Positions 27,406 through 35,984 of a DNA stretch of 51,528 nt are shown in pieces. Position numbers and translations under genes: made by a program. This DNA comes from a virus (Duplodnaviria; Caudoviricetes), in the IMG/VR virus record IMGVR_UViG_3300027734_000103, positions 1 through 51,528 of that record, one strand, 5' to 3'. The notes beneath the pieces were generated by a model. It was not told the origin of the DNA and made no database searches. It worked only from the letters and a program-made list of their open reading frames with translations. Every line of letters starts with the position of its first letter. Position 1 is the stretch's first letter.

Positions 27406-27732
27406 ATGGCAAACGTATATACATGGACAATTACTTGTATGGACTGCTCTACTACAGAAACTAATCCTGATACTGTAATTACAGCACATTGGACTTGTGC
27501 AGGGACAGATGGCACTTATAACGCCTCTGTATACTCTACTTGTTCATTCGCACCACCTGAAGGCACATTTACACCTTACGCAGACTTAACGCAAGAACAA
27601 GTCCTAGGATGGTGCTGGGCTAACGGTGTAGATAAAGACGCAACAGAAGAGGCTGTAGGAAATCAGTTGGCTAACTTAGTCAACCCTCCTGTTGTAACTC
27701 CACCGCTACCTTGGAATACACCAGCCGTATAG
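27406..27732 (+). CDS. tail fibre-associated protein
   Basis: GGGAG RBS, start revised from 27343; W.I..MD...V.TAHW...FTPYADLT.EQV.GW...PLPW. Confidence 0.7.
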   Translation: MANVYTWTITCMDCSTTETNPDTVITAHWTCAGTDGTYNASVYSTCSFAPPEGTFTPYADLTQEQVLGWCWANGVDKDATEEAVGNQLANLVNPPVVTPPLPWNTPAV

Positions 27733-27766
27733 ATTTTTAAACCGTAGTACAACCTAGGAGAATAGC

Positions 27767-28003
27767 ATGAGCGAAAACACAAAAAAGCCCGCCATAGTTA
27801 TTGATGAAGTAGAGTATTTGATAGACGATATGACCAACGAGCAGCAAATGATGGTTAATCACATTGATGATTTAAGTCGGAAAATGGCATCATCGCAGTT
27901 TAATCTTGACCAACTCAATGTGGGAAAACAAGCATTTGTTAATATGTTAAAACAGTCTTTAGTGGCTCCGATAGAAAAGGTGCCTGAAGAGACAGTGCAG
28001 TAA
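27767..28003 (+). CDS. hypothetical coiled-coil protein
   Basis: AGGAG RBS; ID..EY...DMT.EQQ...NH..DL.RK.....FNLDQL..G..AF. Confidence 0.7.
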   Translation: MSENTKKPAIVIDEVEYLIDDMTNEQQMMVNHIDDLSRKMASSQFNLDQLNVGKQAFVNMLKQSLVAPIEKVPEETVQ

Positions 28004-28034
28004 AGGCGGGGGGAAACCCCCTTAAAGGGGAGCA

Positions 28035-28181
28035 ATGGAAACAGTAGACATACTGGCAAAGATTTGGCCCCTGCTTGTGGGGTTTGTAACGCTTGTTATT
28101 GTGCTTGCCAAAATGGATAATAAAGTGTCTGTCCTAGAAGAAAAAGTGAAGACGCTGTTTGAACTTTGGAATAAGAAATGA
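28035..28181 (+). CDS. small TM + coiled-coil protein (48 aa), not in ORF track
   Basis: GGGGAG RBS; METVDILAKIWPLLVGFVTLVIVLAK...LEEKVKTLFELWNKK; ATGA overlap. Confidence 0.7.
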   Translation: METVDILAKIWPLLVGFVTLVIVLAKMDNKVSVLEEKVKTLFELWNKK

Positions 28182-28441
28182 ACATTCAAGACATTCTAAA
28201 AGCGGTATTGCCAATTGTTGTAGCGTGTTTGGCTTGGCTACTTGGTCAAGTGTCGGATTTCTCTACACGGCTGACTAAAATTGAAGGGCAGATGCCAGCA
28301 CTAATCACTAAAGAAAATGTACCGACTGACTCACCTTTGTCTGCCGAAGCAAGGCATAGACTTAAAGAAGAAGTTTATAAAGACATCCATCAACTACAGG
28401 TTAAAGTGCAGTTGCTTGAAGAACGAGAGAAGAGGAAATAA
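28178..28441 (+). CDS. TM + coiled-coil protein (lysis region)
   Basis: N-terminal hydrophobic segment; coupled start/stop. Confidence 0.65.
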   Translation: MNIQDILKAVLPIVVACLAWLLGQVSDFSTRLTKIEGQMPALITKENVPTDSPLSAEARHRLKEEVYKDIHQLQVKVQLLEEREKRK

Positions 28442-28845
28442 TGTTAGGACTTGACGCAATACTAAACATAGGCGGTAAGTTAATTGATAAGTTAATCCCT
28501 GACCCGGAAGCCAAGGCTAAGGCACAGTTAGAATTAGCAACCCTAGCCCAGAACGGTGAGTTGGCTCAGTTACAAGCAGATGTAAGCGAACAACAAGAAC
28601 TGACTAAACGATTACAAGCCGATATGATGTCAGACTCTTGGCTATCTAAGAACATTCGTCCAATGACGCTGGTATTTATCCTAATGACTTATACTACCTT
28701 TGCTATGATGAGTGCATGGGATATTGAAGTAAATAACAATTATGTAGAGTTATTAGGTCAATGGGGGATGTTAATTATGTCATTCTATTTTGGTGGTAGA
28801 ACCCTTGAAAAAATCATGGATATGAAGAAAAATGCAACTAAGTGA
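28441..28845 (+). CDS. holin (3TM, GTA-holin-like)
   Basis: KLIDKLIPDP.AKA.A...DM.SDSWLSKNIRP...FYFGGRT.EK. Confidence 0.8.
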   Translation: MLGLDAILNIGGKLIDKLIPDPEAKAKAQLELATLAQNGELAQLQADVSEQQELTKRLQADMMSDSWLSKNIRPMTLVFILMTYTTFAMMSAWDIEVNNNYVELLGQWGMLIMSFYFGGRTLEKIMDMKKNATK

Positions 28846-29260
28846 ACATTTCAGTCTTGAGGAACTTACGCACACAGACCATCGTGAATTTGACAATACT
28901 CCGAATGATGCTGAGTTGGCTAATCTTACACGTCTGGCAGAGTTTCTTGAATTGGTTAGAACGCTATTGGGCAAACCCATTTTTGTTAATAGTGCTTTCC
29001 GTAGTAAATTGGTTAATGATGCTGTGGGTTCTAAAGACTCTAGTCAACACAGGGTTGGTTGTGCTGTCGACATCCGGGTAGTTGGAATGACCCCTAATGA
29101 GGTTGTTCAAACGGTGCTTGCATCTGACCTAGGCTATGACCAAATTATTCGTGAGTTTGATAGATGGACTCACATTAGTATTCCTAACTCAATTCATAAC
29201 GCACCTAGAAAACAGGCGTTAATTATTGATAAGCAGGGAACACGGTTGTATGCCGCTTAA
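28832..29260 (+). CDS. endolysin, peptidase M15A family
   Basis: LSEHFSLEE; SAFRS...N.AVG....SQH..G.A.D; W.HIS zinc-ligand pattern. Confidence 0.9.
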   Translation: MQLSEHFSLEELTHTDHREFDNTPNDAELANLTRLAEFLELVRTLLGKPIFVNSAFRSKLVNDAVGSKDSSQHRVGCAVDIRVVGMTPNEVVQTVLASDLGYDQIIREFDRWTHISIPNSIHNAPRKQALIIDKQGTRLYAA

Positions 29261-31379
29261 AAAAATCATATTTAAACCGGGAGTCAACCGAGAAAATACT
29301 AGATACACAACTGAAGGCGGTTGGTATGAGTGTGATAAGGTTCGCTTTCGGCAAGGAACTCCAGAAAAAATAGGCGGTTGGCAACAAATATCTACCTCTA
29401 CATTCCTTGGTATATGTCGGGCTATGTGGAATTGGATTACATTGACAGGTTTAAACATCCTTGCTGTAGGAACTAACCTAAAATACTACCTAGAAGTGGG
29501 TGGTAATTACAATGATATTACGCCAATTAGGTACTCTACAGCAACGGATATAGTTAATAATCCATTTGATACGGTCAATGCTTCTCCAATTGTGACCGTA
29601 AATGATACCGGTTCTAACGTTCAAACGGGCGATTATGTGCTCATTACTAACGTTGTTTCAGCGGTAAATGGCATCCCAGCAGCCCAATTAAACGCCAAAC
29701 ATACAGTAACTAGAGTTACCGCCAATTCATACACTATTACCGTTACCACGGCAGCAACCTCTACCGGAAGCGGTGTGGGTGGTAGCGTTACATTTAAGTA
29801 CTATTACTATATTGTTGCATTAACCAATGCGTATACAACAACTAATGCATCTACAACGGTCAATGTTCTTGCCACATCTAACGGTTGTATTACAGGAGAT
29901 TTTGTTACTTTATCGCCAACTGTAACGTTTAATGGCGTTACTATTTTTGGTAATTATCAAGTAACTAGGGTTGATGCTAATAATTTTACAATTCAAGCAT
30001 CTACCAATGCGACTTCTACCGGTTCTTACACAGGTACCACTTACGCTCAGTTTGAGATTCAAACCGGCCCAGAGGTACAAATTCCTTTAATTGGCTGGGG
30101 TTCTGGTGGCTGGGGTGCTGGGGTTTGGGGGTTTGGAGTAGCCTCTCCCGTTCAATTAAGATTGTGGTCACAAAGTAACTTTGGTGAAAATTTAATATTT
30201 GCTCCAAGAGGTGGAGCAATGTATTACTGGACAGCAACAGATGGAGTTGGTGTACGTGGGATAGATATAGCCACTATTTATGGCGCATCAGACGTGCCAA
30301 CTATTGTTTTATCCGTTGGCGTTTCAGATGCCTCTCGTTTTTGTTTTGCCTTTGGTTGTAATGATTACGGAGCAAGTGCATTAGACCCCATGTTAATTCG
30401 TTGGTCTGACCAAGAGTCAGTTACGATGTGGAGTCCAGCAGCCACCAATCAGGCCGGTAGTTTACGACTTTCTCATGGCTCAGAGATTTATTCTGCATGG
30501 CAAGTACGGCAAGAAATTGTAGTATTTACTGATTCAACCGTGTACTCGTTGCAATATCTTGGACCACCAGCCATTTGGGGTTCTCAATTACTTGGTGACA
30601 ATATATCTATTATGGGGCCAAGTGCAGTTGCCTTGGCTTCCGGTGTTTTGTATTGGATGGGTAGAGATAAGTTTTATAAATACGATGGTAGCGTTGCTAC
30701 CTTATCTTGCGATTTAAGACAATATATTTTTAGTGATATTGATTTAGACCAAAACTATCAGGTATTTTCTGGAACCAGTGAAGGCTTTAACGAGGTCTGG
30801 TGGTTCTATTGTTCTAATGGTTCTACTACTGTTAACAAATATGTTGTGTTTAATTACCTTGAAAACATTTGGTTTTACGGCACAATGGATAGGTCATTCT
30901 GGTTAGATTCTGGTTTAAGAACGTACCCATTAGCCGCCACGTATAGTAAAAATGTTGTTTATCAAGAATATGGTGTAGATAATAATGAAGGCACTTCATC
31001 TGTAGCAATTGACTCGTATATTCAATCTTCAGAGTTTGATATTGAAGATGGACATAACTTTGGGTTTATATGGAGGATTCTCCCTGACTTAACTTTCCGT
31101 GGCTCTACCACTAACAATCCGTCCGTAACTATGACTATGTATCCATTACAGAACTCTGGCTCTGGTTACAATAATCCACTATCGCAAGGCGGTGATTCTT
31201 ATGGTACGGTTACAAGGACTTCAACAGTACAGGTAGAACAGTACACCGGAACTATCTATGTTCGAGTCCGTGGTAGACAAATGGCGTTTAAGATACAGGG
31301 CAATCAACTTGGTCAACAGTGGCAACTAGGCGCTCCTCGTATTGACATTCGACCTGATGGTAGAAGAGGTAACACGTGA
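29250..31379 (+). CDS. tail nozzle / tail tubular protein B-like
   Basis: Start revised to MPLKKI.FKPG; VRFR.G.PEKIGGW; IRWSDQE...NQAG..RL; C-terminal R.D..PDGRR. Confidence 0.8.
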   Translation: MPLKKIIFKPGVNRENTRYTTEGGWYECDKVRFRQGTPEKIGGWQQISTSTFLGICRAMWNWITLTGLNILAVGTNLKYYLEVGGNYNDITPIRYSTATDIVNNPFDTVNASPIVTVNDTGSNVQTGDYVLITNVVSAVNGIPAAQLNAKHTVTRVTANSYTITVTTAATSTGSGVGGSVTFKYYYYIVALTNAYTTTNASTTVNVLATSNGCITGDFVTLSPTVTFNGVTIFGNYQVTRVDANNFTIQASTNATSTGSYTGTTYAQFEIQTGPEVQIPLIGWGSGGWGAGVWGFGVASPVQLRLWSQSNFGENLIFAPRGGAMYYWTATDGVGVRGIDIATIYGASDVPTIVLSVGVSDASRFCFAFGCNDYGASALDPMLIRWSDQESVTMWSPAATNQAGSLRLSHGSEIYSAWQVRQEIVVFTDSTVYSLQYLGPPAIWGSQLLGDNISIMGPSAVALASGVLYWMGRDKFYKYDGSVATLSCDLRQYIFSDIDLDQNYQVFSGTSEGFNEVWWFYCSNGSTTVNKYVVFNYLENIWFYGTMDRSFWLDSGLRTYPLAATYSKNVVYQEYGVDNNEGTSSVAIDSYIQSSEFDIEDGHNFGFIWRILPDLTFRGSTTNNPSVTMTMYPLQNSGSGYNNPLSQGGDSYGTVTRTSTVQVEQYTGTIYVRVRGRQMAFKIQGNQLGQQWQLGAPRIDIRPDGRRGNT

Positions 31380-31696
31380 CAGAGATTGTTACGCCAGCAG
31401 TCCCCAATTTACCACTTCCTAAAGACGATTATAGTAAGTTATACTTTAATCAACTTACGAACGTTCTTAGGTTATATTTTAATCAATTAAATGCTGTGGC
31501 TGTGGAATTGGTTAATCAAACTGCTACCAATTTAGTTTTTACGGTGGCAAATTTACCTAGCGCAGCAACTTCCGGAACTGGGGCTAGAGCGTTTGTAACG
31601 GATTCTTCTGTCACTACATTTGGTACAACTGTAGCCGCTGGTGGAGCAAACAAAGTGCCGGTGTACTCTGATGGAACAAATTGGAAAGTAGGTTAA
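31376..31696 (+). CDS. tail needle/plug-like protein (putative)
   Basis: GTGA coupling; PNLP.P...Y...NVLRLYFNQL helix plus TVANLPSA...GARAFVTD...VPVYSDGTNW knob. Confidence 0.55.
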   Translation: MTEIVTPAVPNLPLPKDDYSKLYFNQLTNVLRLYFNQLNAVAVELVNQTATNLVFTVANLPSAATSGTGARAFVTDSSVTTFGTTVAAGGANKVPVYSDGTNWKVG

Positions 31697-31726
31697 TTGT
31701 GAACCAACACAAACACAGGAGAAAAA

Positions 31727-32014
31727 ATGGACTTTTTAGAACTATTTAATAAGGTAGCAAGAGTGGTTAGGCCAGCACACCAAAGTTATATTGATGTCAC
31801 TGACATGAACCAAAATTTACAGGAGTCTGGTTTAGATAGCATGGATGGCTTAATGATGGGCATATATTTTGCTGACATCTACGGCATCCCAGAAGAAATA
31901 GCCAAAGAAATGCACTTTACAACCGTGCAAGAATGCTATGACTTTATTCAAGAACACAAGACAAAAGACCCATCAGGCACGGCAGAAGAAGCCATTAAAG
32001 GGGTTGATTGGTGA
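31727..32014 (+). CDS. acyl carrier protein
   Basis: Small, acidic; L.E.GLDSMD phosphopantetheine motif; .YGIP...TV.E..DFI helix pattern; AGGAG RBS. Confidence 0.85.
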   Translation: MDFLELFNKVARVVRPAHQSYIDVTDMNQNLQESGLDSMDGLMMGIYFADIYGIPEEIAKEMHFTTVQECYDFIQEHKTKDPSGTAEEAIKGVDW

Positions 32015-33129
32015 TATATTTAACCGAAAGCAGAACCCTGTGTACGGAAAATACAGAACTAATTGATGACATATCATACCCCCAAAAGGTACACTGGTTT
32101 CCTGAGTCTTACGCTAAAAAAGATACCGGCATGGCATACGTGCCACATAAGGTAGCGGATAAAGTACTAGATGGAGAAATATTAAAGACTCTAAGGGAAA
32201 ACCCTATAAAGACTGCTTTTATATTAGCATCCGGTAATTCGCATTTTGCTGGCATTGAACCCAAGTTATGGGACAAAAACCGCTTCACTTACACGTATAA
32301 ATTTAGACCATTGGCGTTAACTCAGGTCTTTGCTGGACGAGTGGCAAGTTCATGCGGAGCCTCAGACTACGTAACTACCGATGCCTCAGCCTGTGCGTCT
32401 AGTTTAAAGGTGATGATGGATGTCCAGATTCTTATCAAGATGTACGGGTTTAAACGGGTCATTGTTCTGGCTGTAGAAGATACCATCAATACATCCGTAT
32501 TAAATTTCTTTGGAGAATCCGGAGCCTGTTTAACACAAAAACTAGAAGATACTGGGGTAATCCCTAGTGCTTTTGATGAAACAAACTACGGATTTTATGT
32601 TGGTCAAGGCGCTGCATTTGCTGTTTTTGAGACCGAAGAAAGTATGAAATTAACTGGCTTTAAACCTAAAGCACAACTGTTAGGAGCGTATACCGCTGCT
32701 GAAGAAAGCACAAATGTAATTGGTCAACGAGAAGATGGACAAGGATTCTCTAGAGCAATTGAAGGAGCGCTCTATGTATCTCAAATACAGTCCTATCAAG
32801 TACGAACAGTTAAAACACACGGAACTGGAACTAAATCAAATAATTTAGCAGAAAAGCAAGCATTAACTAGCAATTTAAAGGATTTTGTGGCAACATCGTT
32901 TAAACAGAGAATTGGGCATACAATGGGTGCAAGTGGCTTGCTAGAAACCCTATTATTGTTGGATAATGTTAAAAACGGTTTTGTGCCACAAATTGCCAAC
33001 CGTACAGACGAAGATAATGTATTTTTAAGCAAACCTGCACCTTCAGAGAAAGGTGGGGTTATTTTAAGTCTTGCGGCTGGGATGGGCAATGTATATTCCG
33101 CTGCAATTTTTAGGGATACTCAATGTTAG
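32011..33129 (+). CDS. beta-ketoacyl-ACP synthase (FabB/FabF-like, Cys-His-His)
   Basis: ASACASSL (Cys), KTHGTGT..N (His), KQRIGHTMGASG (Lys/His), GFYVGQGA, SLAAGMGN; GTGA overlap with the ACP stop. Confidence 0.9.
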   Translation: MIYLTESRTLCTENTELIDDISYPQKVHWFPESYAKKDTGMAYVPHKVADKVLDGEILKTLRENPIKTAFILASGNSHFAGIEPKLWDKNRFTYTYKFRPLALTQVFAGRVASSCGASDYVTTDASACASSLKVMMDVQILIKMYGFKRVIVLAVEDTINTSVLNFFGESGACLTQKLEDTGVIPSAFDETNYGFYVGQGAAFAVFETEESMKLTGFKPKAQLLGAYTAAEESTNVIGQREDGQGFSRAIEGALYVSQIQSYQVRTVKTHGTGTKSNNLAEKQALTSNLKDFVATSFKQRIGHTMGASGLLETLLLLDNVKNGFVPQIANRTDEDNVFLSKPAPSEKGGVILSLAAGMGNVYSAAIFRDTQC

Positions 33130-33605
33130 TGGATAGCAAAAAAAAGATGTTAGACCCGCAAGAAATTCTCTTAGAGGCTACACGTCAAATAAAATCCAAG
33201 AAATATAGCCCTGACCAAGTACTTGCTGCACTCATTGCAGAATCTAAAGAAAAAGACACTATCCTCATGCGTGAGGGTAATACATTATTTATTGTACATA
33301 ACGGTAAGAATAGAACCGCTTTGTACCGTGCTTTAAACGCTGATACAGCACAAAACTTTTTAAACAATGGCGTTGAGTACGCTAAGGCTATGTACGCCAC
33401 GGGTTTTGATGTGATGGTCACTCAGTTTGAAGACCCAACATTATTAAAAATATTTCCATATATGAAAAAGAACCGTAGCCTTATTAACAAAGATAAGGAC
33501 GGTAAACCCACAATGGGTTATGCGGTTCAAGAATCTAAAGGCGAAACAAAGCAATATCGTGTCACTACAGTTCTTGGTCCTAAACGTCAAGGAGAAAGAC
33601 AATGA
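33123..33605 (+). CDS. hypothetical protein, possibly GNAT-fold acyltransferase
   Basis: Overlaps both neighbours; 160 aa alpha/beta pattern; syntenic with P22 gp14 / T7 gp13 position. The fold is inferred only. Confidence 0.5.
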   Translation: MLVDSKKKMLDPQEILLEATRQIKSKKYSPDQVLAALIAESKEKDTILMREGNTLFIVHNGKNRTALYRALNADTAQNFLNNGVEYAKAMYATGFDVMVTQFEDPTLLKIFPYMKKNRSLINKDKDGKPTMGYAVQESKGETKQYRVTTVLGPKRQGERQ

Positions 33606-35983
33606 GTGCTGTAGTTGAAGCCGTAGCAGACGTATTTGAACCCATTGTTGAAGCGGTTGGCGATATAGCCGAAACGGTTGTTGAAGCGGCTTCTGATGTT
33701 GTTACCTTTGTTGCAGATACTGCTGAAGCCGTAGTACAAGGCGCAGTTGATGACCCATTAGGAACAATTGCCAAAATAGGTACGGCAATTTACGCCCCAT
33801 ATTTACTACCGGTAGTAAATGCTGGAGTGGTAGTTGCTAACGGTGGAAGTATTGACCAAGCCTTAACCAGTGCCGCTATTTCTATGGTAGCGCCAGCGGT
33901 TGGTGGTGAATTCTCTAGTGCTATGCAAGGTACATGGGTTGGTGATGCACTGGCTACTGCGGCTGAAGCCACTGGTATAGAAAGTCTTGCAACGGATGTG
34001 GCTAGGGGTGTTGGTTCAGCAGCCACACAAACTACTGCTGGTATTTTACAAGGGCAAGATGTAGGCGATGCTTTAGAAAGAGGTTTTCAATCAGGCGTTG
34101 GAACTACGGTTGGTAGTGTTGTTGGTGGTGAAGCAGATACAGGTAGTAATATTGCCGATAGATTAATTGGTAGTGCCGCTGGAGCCGCAACTACAGCCTC
34201 TTTAAGAGGTGGCGATGCTCAAACTGCCGCTGAACAAGCGTTAGCACAAAATATTTTAGGCGGTGGATTAAATTATGCTGGTAATGAACTGAAGAGTTTG
34301 CTACCAACTCAAAGTGAATTATTAAATTATTTACCATCAGGTGGTGATAACAGTCCAATACTTGCCGGTATGCCGGGTAGTGATGTTGAATTAACTCCTA
34401 ATGAAGTGGCTGTTCAACAATTATTAAAATCAACAGGCGCATCTGATGCGCCAGTAGACGAACAAAGTTTAAACAACCTAATCTCATCTTTGTATCCTGA
34501 TGCTGGTCAAACAGAAACTGTTGATACAAGTAAAAATATAGATGCAAGTACAGGACAAGAGATTGTTCCTAAAGCCGCAGAAGATATGTCAGATATAGAT
34601 ACATTCTTAAAGACTATGTCTGCTCAAACAGAGGCTCAAAACATAGATGCTGAAGATATTAAAAAAGTAGATGTTAATGGTGATGTTATTGACCGTGCTG
34701 GTAATAGAATAGGTAGCGCTCAAGAACTAGGAATGGTACTTGGTACAGATTCTTCCGGTAGGCCAACATGGATAACTTCTAGCGGAGAGTTTATTCCGTC
34801 TTCCGAAGCGTTTAAAGAGACTTCTTCTAGTTCTTTTGAAACCAATTTCCCAACATCAACTGATATAGGATATGGTGCTAGTCAATTAGTTAGTGAGGCA
34901 GAAGGGGACTTCCCAGACCAAATCATTAATAATGCAGACGGTTCTACTACAGTGATTGAAACAGATGGCTCATCCCGTACATTTAATGTGGATGGTTCTG
35001 TCACTCTTTACAATGCCGAGGGCGGTCAAAAGCAAGAGTATTCAGCCAAAGAAGGTGAAGGTTATGATGGCTCTAATGGCGTAGATTACAGTAAATCACA
35101 AGATAGTAGTAGTAACTTTAATTTAGGCAGTTTGGCTAATTCTCTACTCTCTGGTGTTACTGGTAATAAATCAGGAACTGCTGGCAGAACTACTGGCGGT
35201 GGTAGAAATGTAGCAAATGCTACTAATTTGGGTCTATTAGGTGGCGCTGCTGGCTTAATTGGCGGTGCAGCATCTTTAATTGGTTCAGATGGCAATGCTA
35301 CTAATAGTGATACATCTGCTAACAATTCAACTTTAGTGTGGAATCCTAACGACCCAATGGCTATCTCTAAAGCAAGAGCCTATGGTCAACAGTTTGTTAA
35401 TCCTGTATATGCAGCAGAGGGCGGTCTATTAAGTTTAACTCCTCCACCTTACATGCAACCACAAATGCCTTACATGCAACCTCAGCAAAATCAATATGGG
35501 CAACAGCAACCACAGTACGGGCAACAACCGCAATATGTTCAGCCTACAATGATTCCTAATAACTACACACCCAATGACCCTAGTGCGTTCTCTCAAGAGT
35601 ACAGCAATAGTCCTAGTCAAAATCAAGACCCAAATAATTCCGTCAATATGTACGCTGCTGGCGGTATGCCAATTGCCATGAATATGGGAGGAATCTCAAG
35701 TCTTGGTGGGTATTCAGATGGTGGGCGTTTATTAAAAGGCCCCGGTGACGGTATGTCTGACAACATCCCAGCAACTATTGCTGGTAAACAACCCGCTCGT
35801 CTTGCTAATGAAGAGTTTGTTATACCGGCAGATGTAGTTTCACATTTAGGAAACGGCTCATCTGAGGCTGGTGCAAAAGTACTATACGCCATGATGGAAA
35901 GAGTTCGCAAAGCCAGAACTGGTAATGCCAAGCAAGGTAAACAAATCCAACCTGTAAAATATATGCCAAAGGTAAGGAAATAA
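33602..35983 (+). CDS. internal virion / ejection protein (putative)
   Basis: Amphipathic V/A/D/E N-terminus, Gly/Ala-rich hydrophobic segments, C-terminal GPGDGMSD.IPA...LA..EFV.PADVVS.LGNGSS.AGA domain. Confidence 0.7.
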   Translation: MSAVVEAVADVFEPIVEAVGDIAETVVEAASDVVTFVADTAEAVVQGAVDDPLGTIAKIGTAIYAPYLLPVVNAGVVVANGGSIDQALTSAAISMVAPAVGGEFSSAMQGTWVGDALATAAEATGIESLATDVARGVGSAATQTTAGILQGQDVGDALERGFQSGVGTTVGSVVGGEADTGSNIADRLIGSAAGAATTASLRGGDAQTAAEQALAQNILGGGLNYAGNELKSLLPTQSELLNYLPSGGDNSPILAGMPGSDVELTPNEVAVQQLLKSTGASDAPVDEQSLNNLISSLYPDAGQTETVDTSKNIDASTGQEIVPKAAEDMSDIDTFLKTMSAQTEAQNIDAEDIKKVDVNGDVIDRAGNRIGSAQELGMVLGTDSSGRPTWITSSGEFIPSSEAFKETSSSSFETNFPTSTDIGYGASQLVSEAEGDFPDQIINNADGSTTVIETDGSSRTFNVDGSVTLYNAEGGQKQEYSAKEGEGYDGSNGVDYSKSQDSSSNFNLGSLANSLLSGVTGNKSGTAGRTTGGGRNVANATNLGLLGGAAGLIGGAASLIGSDGNATNSDTSANNSTLVWNPNDPMAISKARAYGQQFVNPVYAAEGGLLSLTPPPYMQPQMPYMQPQQNQYGQQQPQYGQQPQYVQPTMIPNNYTPNDPSAFSQEYSNSPSQNQDPNNSVNMYAAGGMPIAMNMGGISSLGGYSDGGRLLKGPGDGMSDNIPATIAGKQPARLANEEFVIPADVVSHLGNGSSEAGAKVLYAMMERVRKARTGNAKQGKQIQPVKYMPKVRK

Positions 35984-35984
35984 T

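Noticed and set aside
31727-33129. Host-derived contamination or a complete PKS/FAS cluster
   Set aside because: The genes overlap downstream phage genes, share the GTTTAAAC excess, and no other FAS/PKS enzymes are present.
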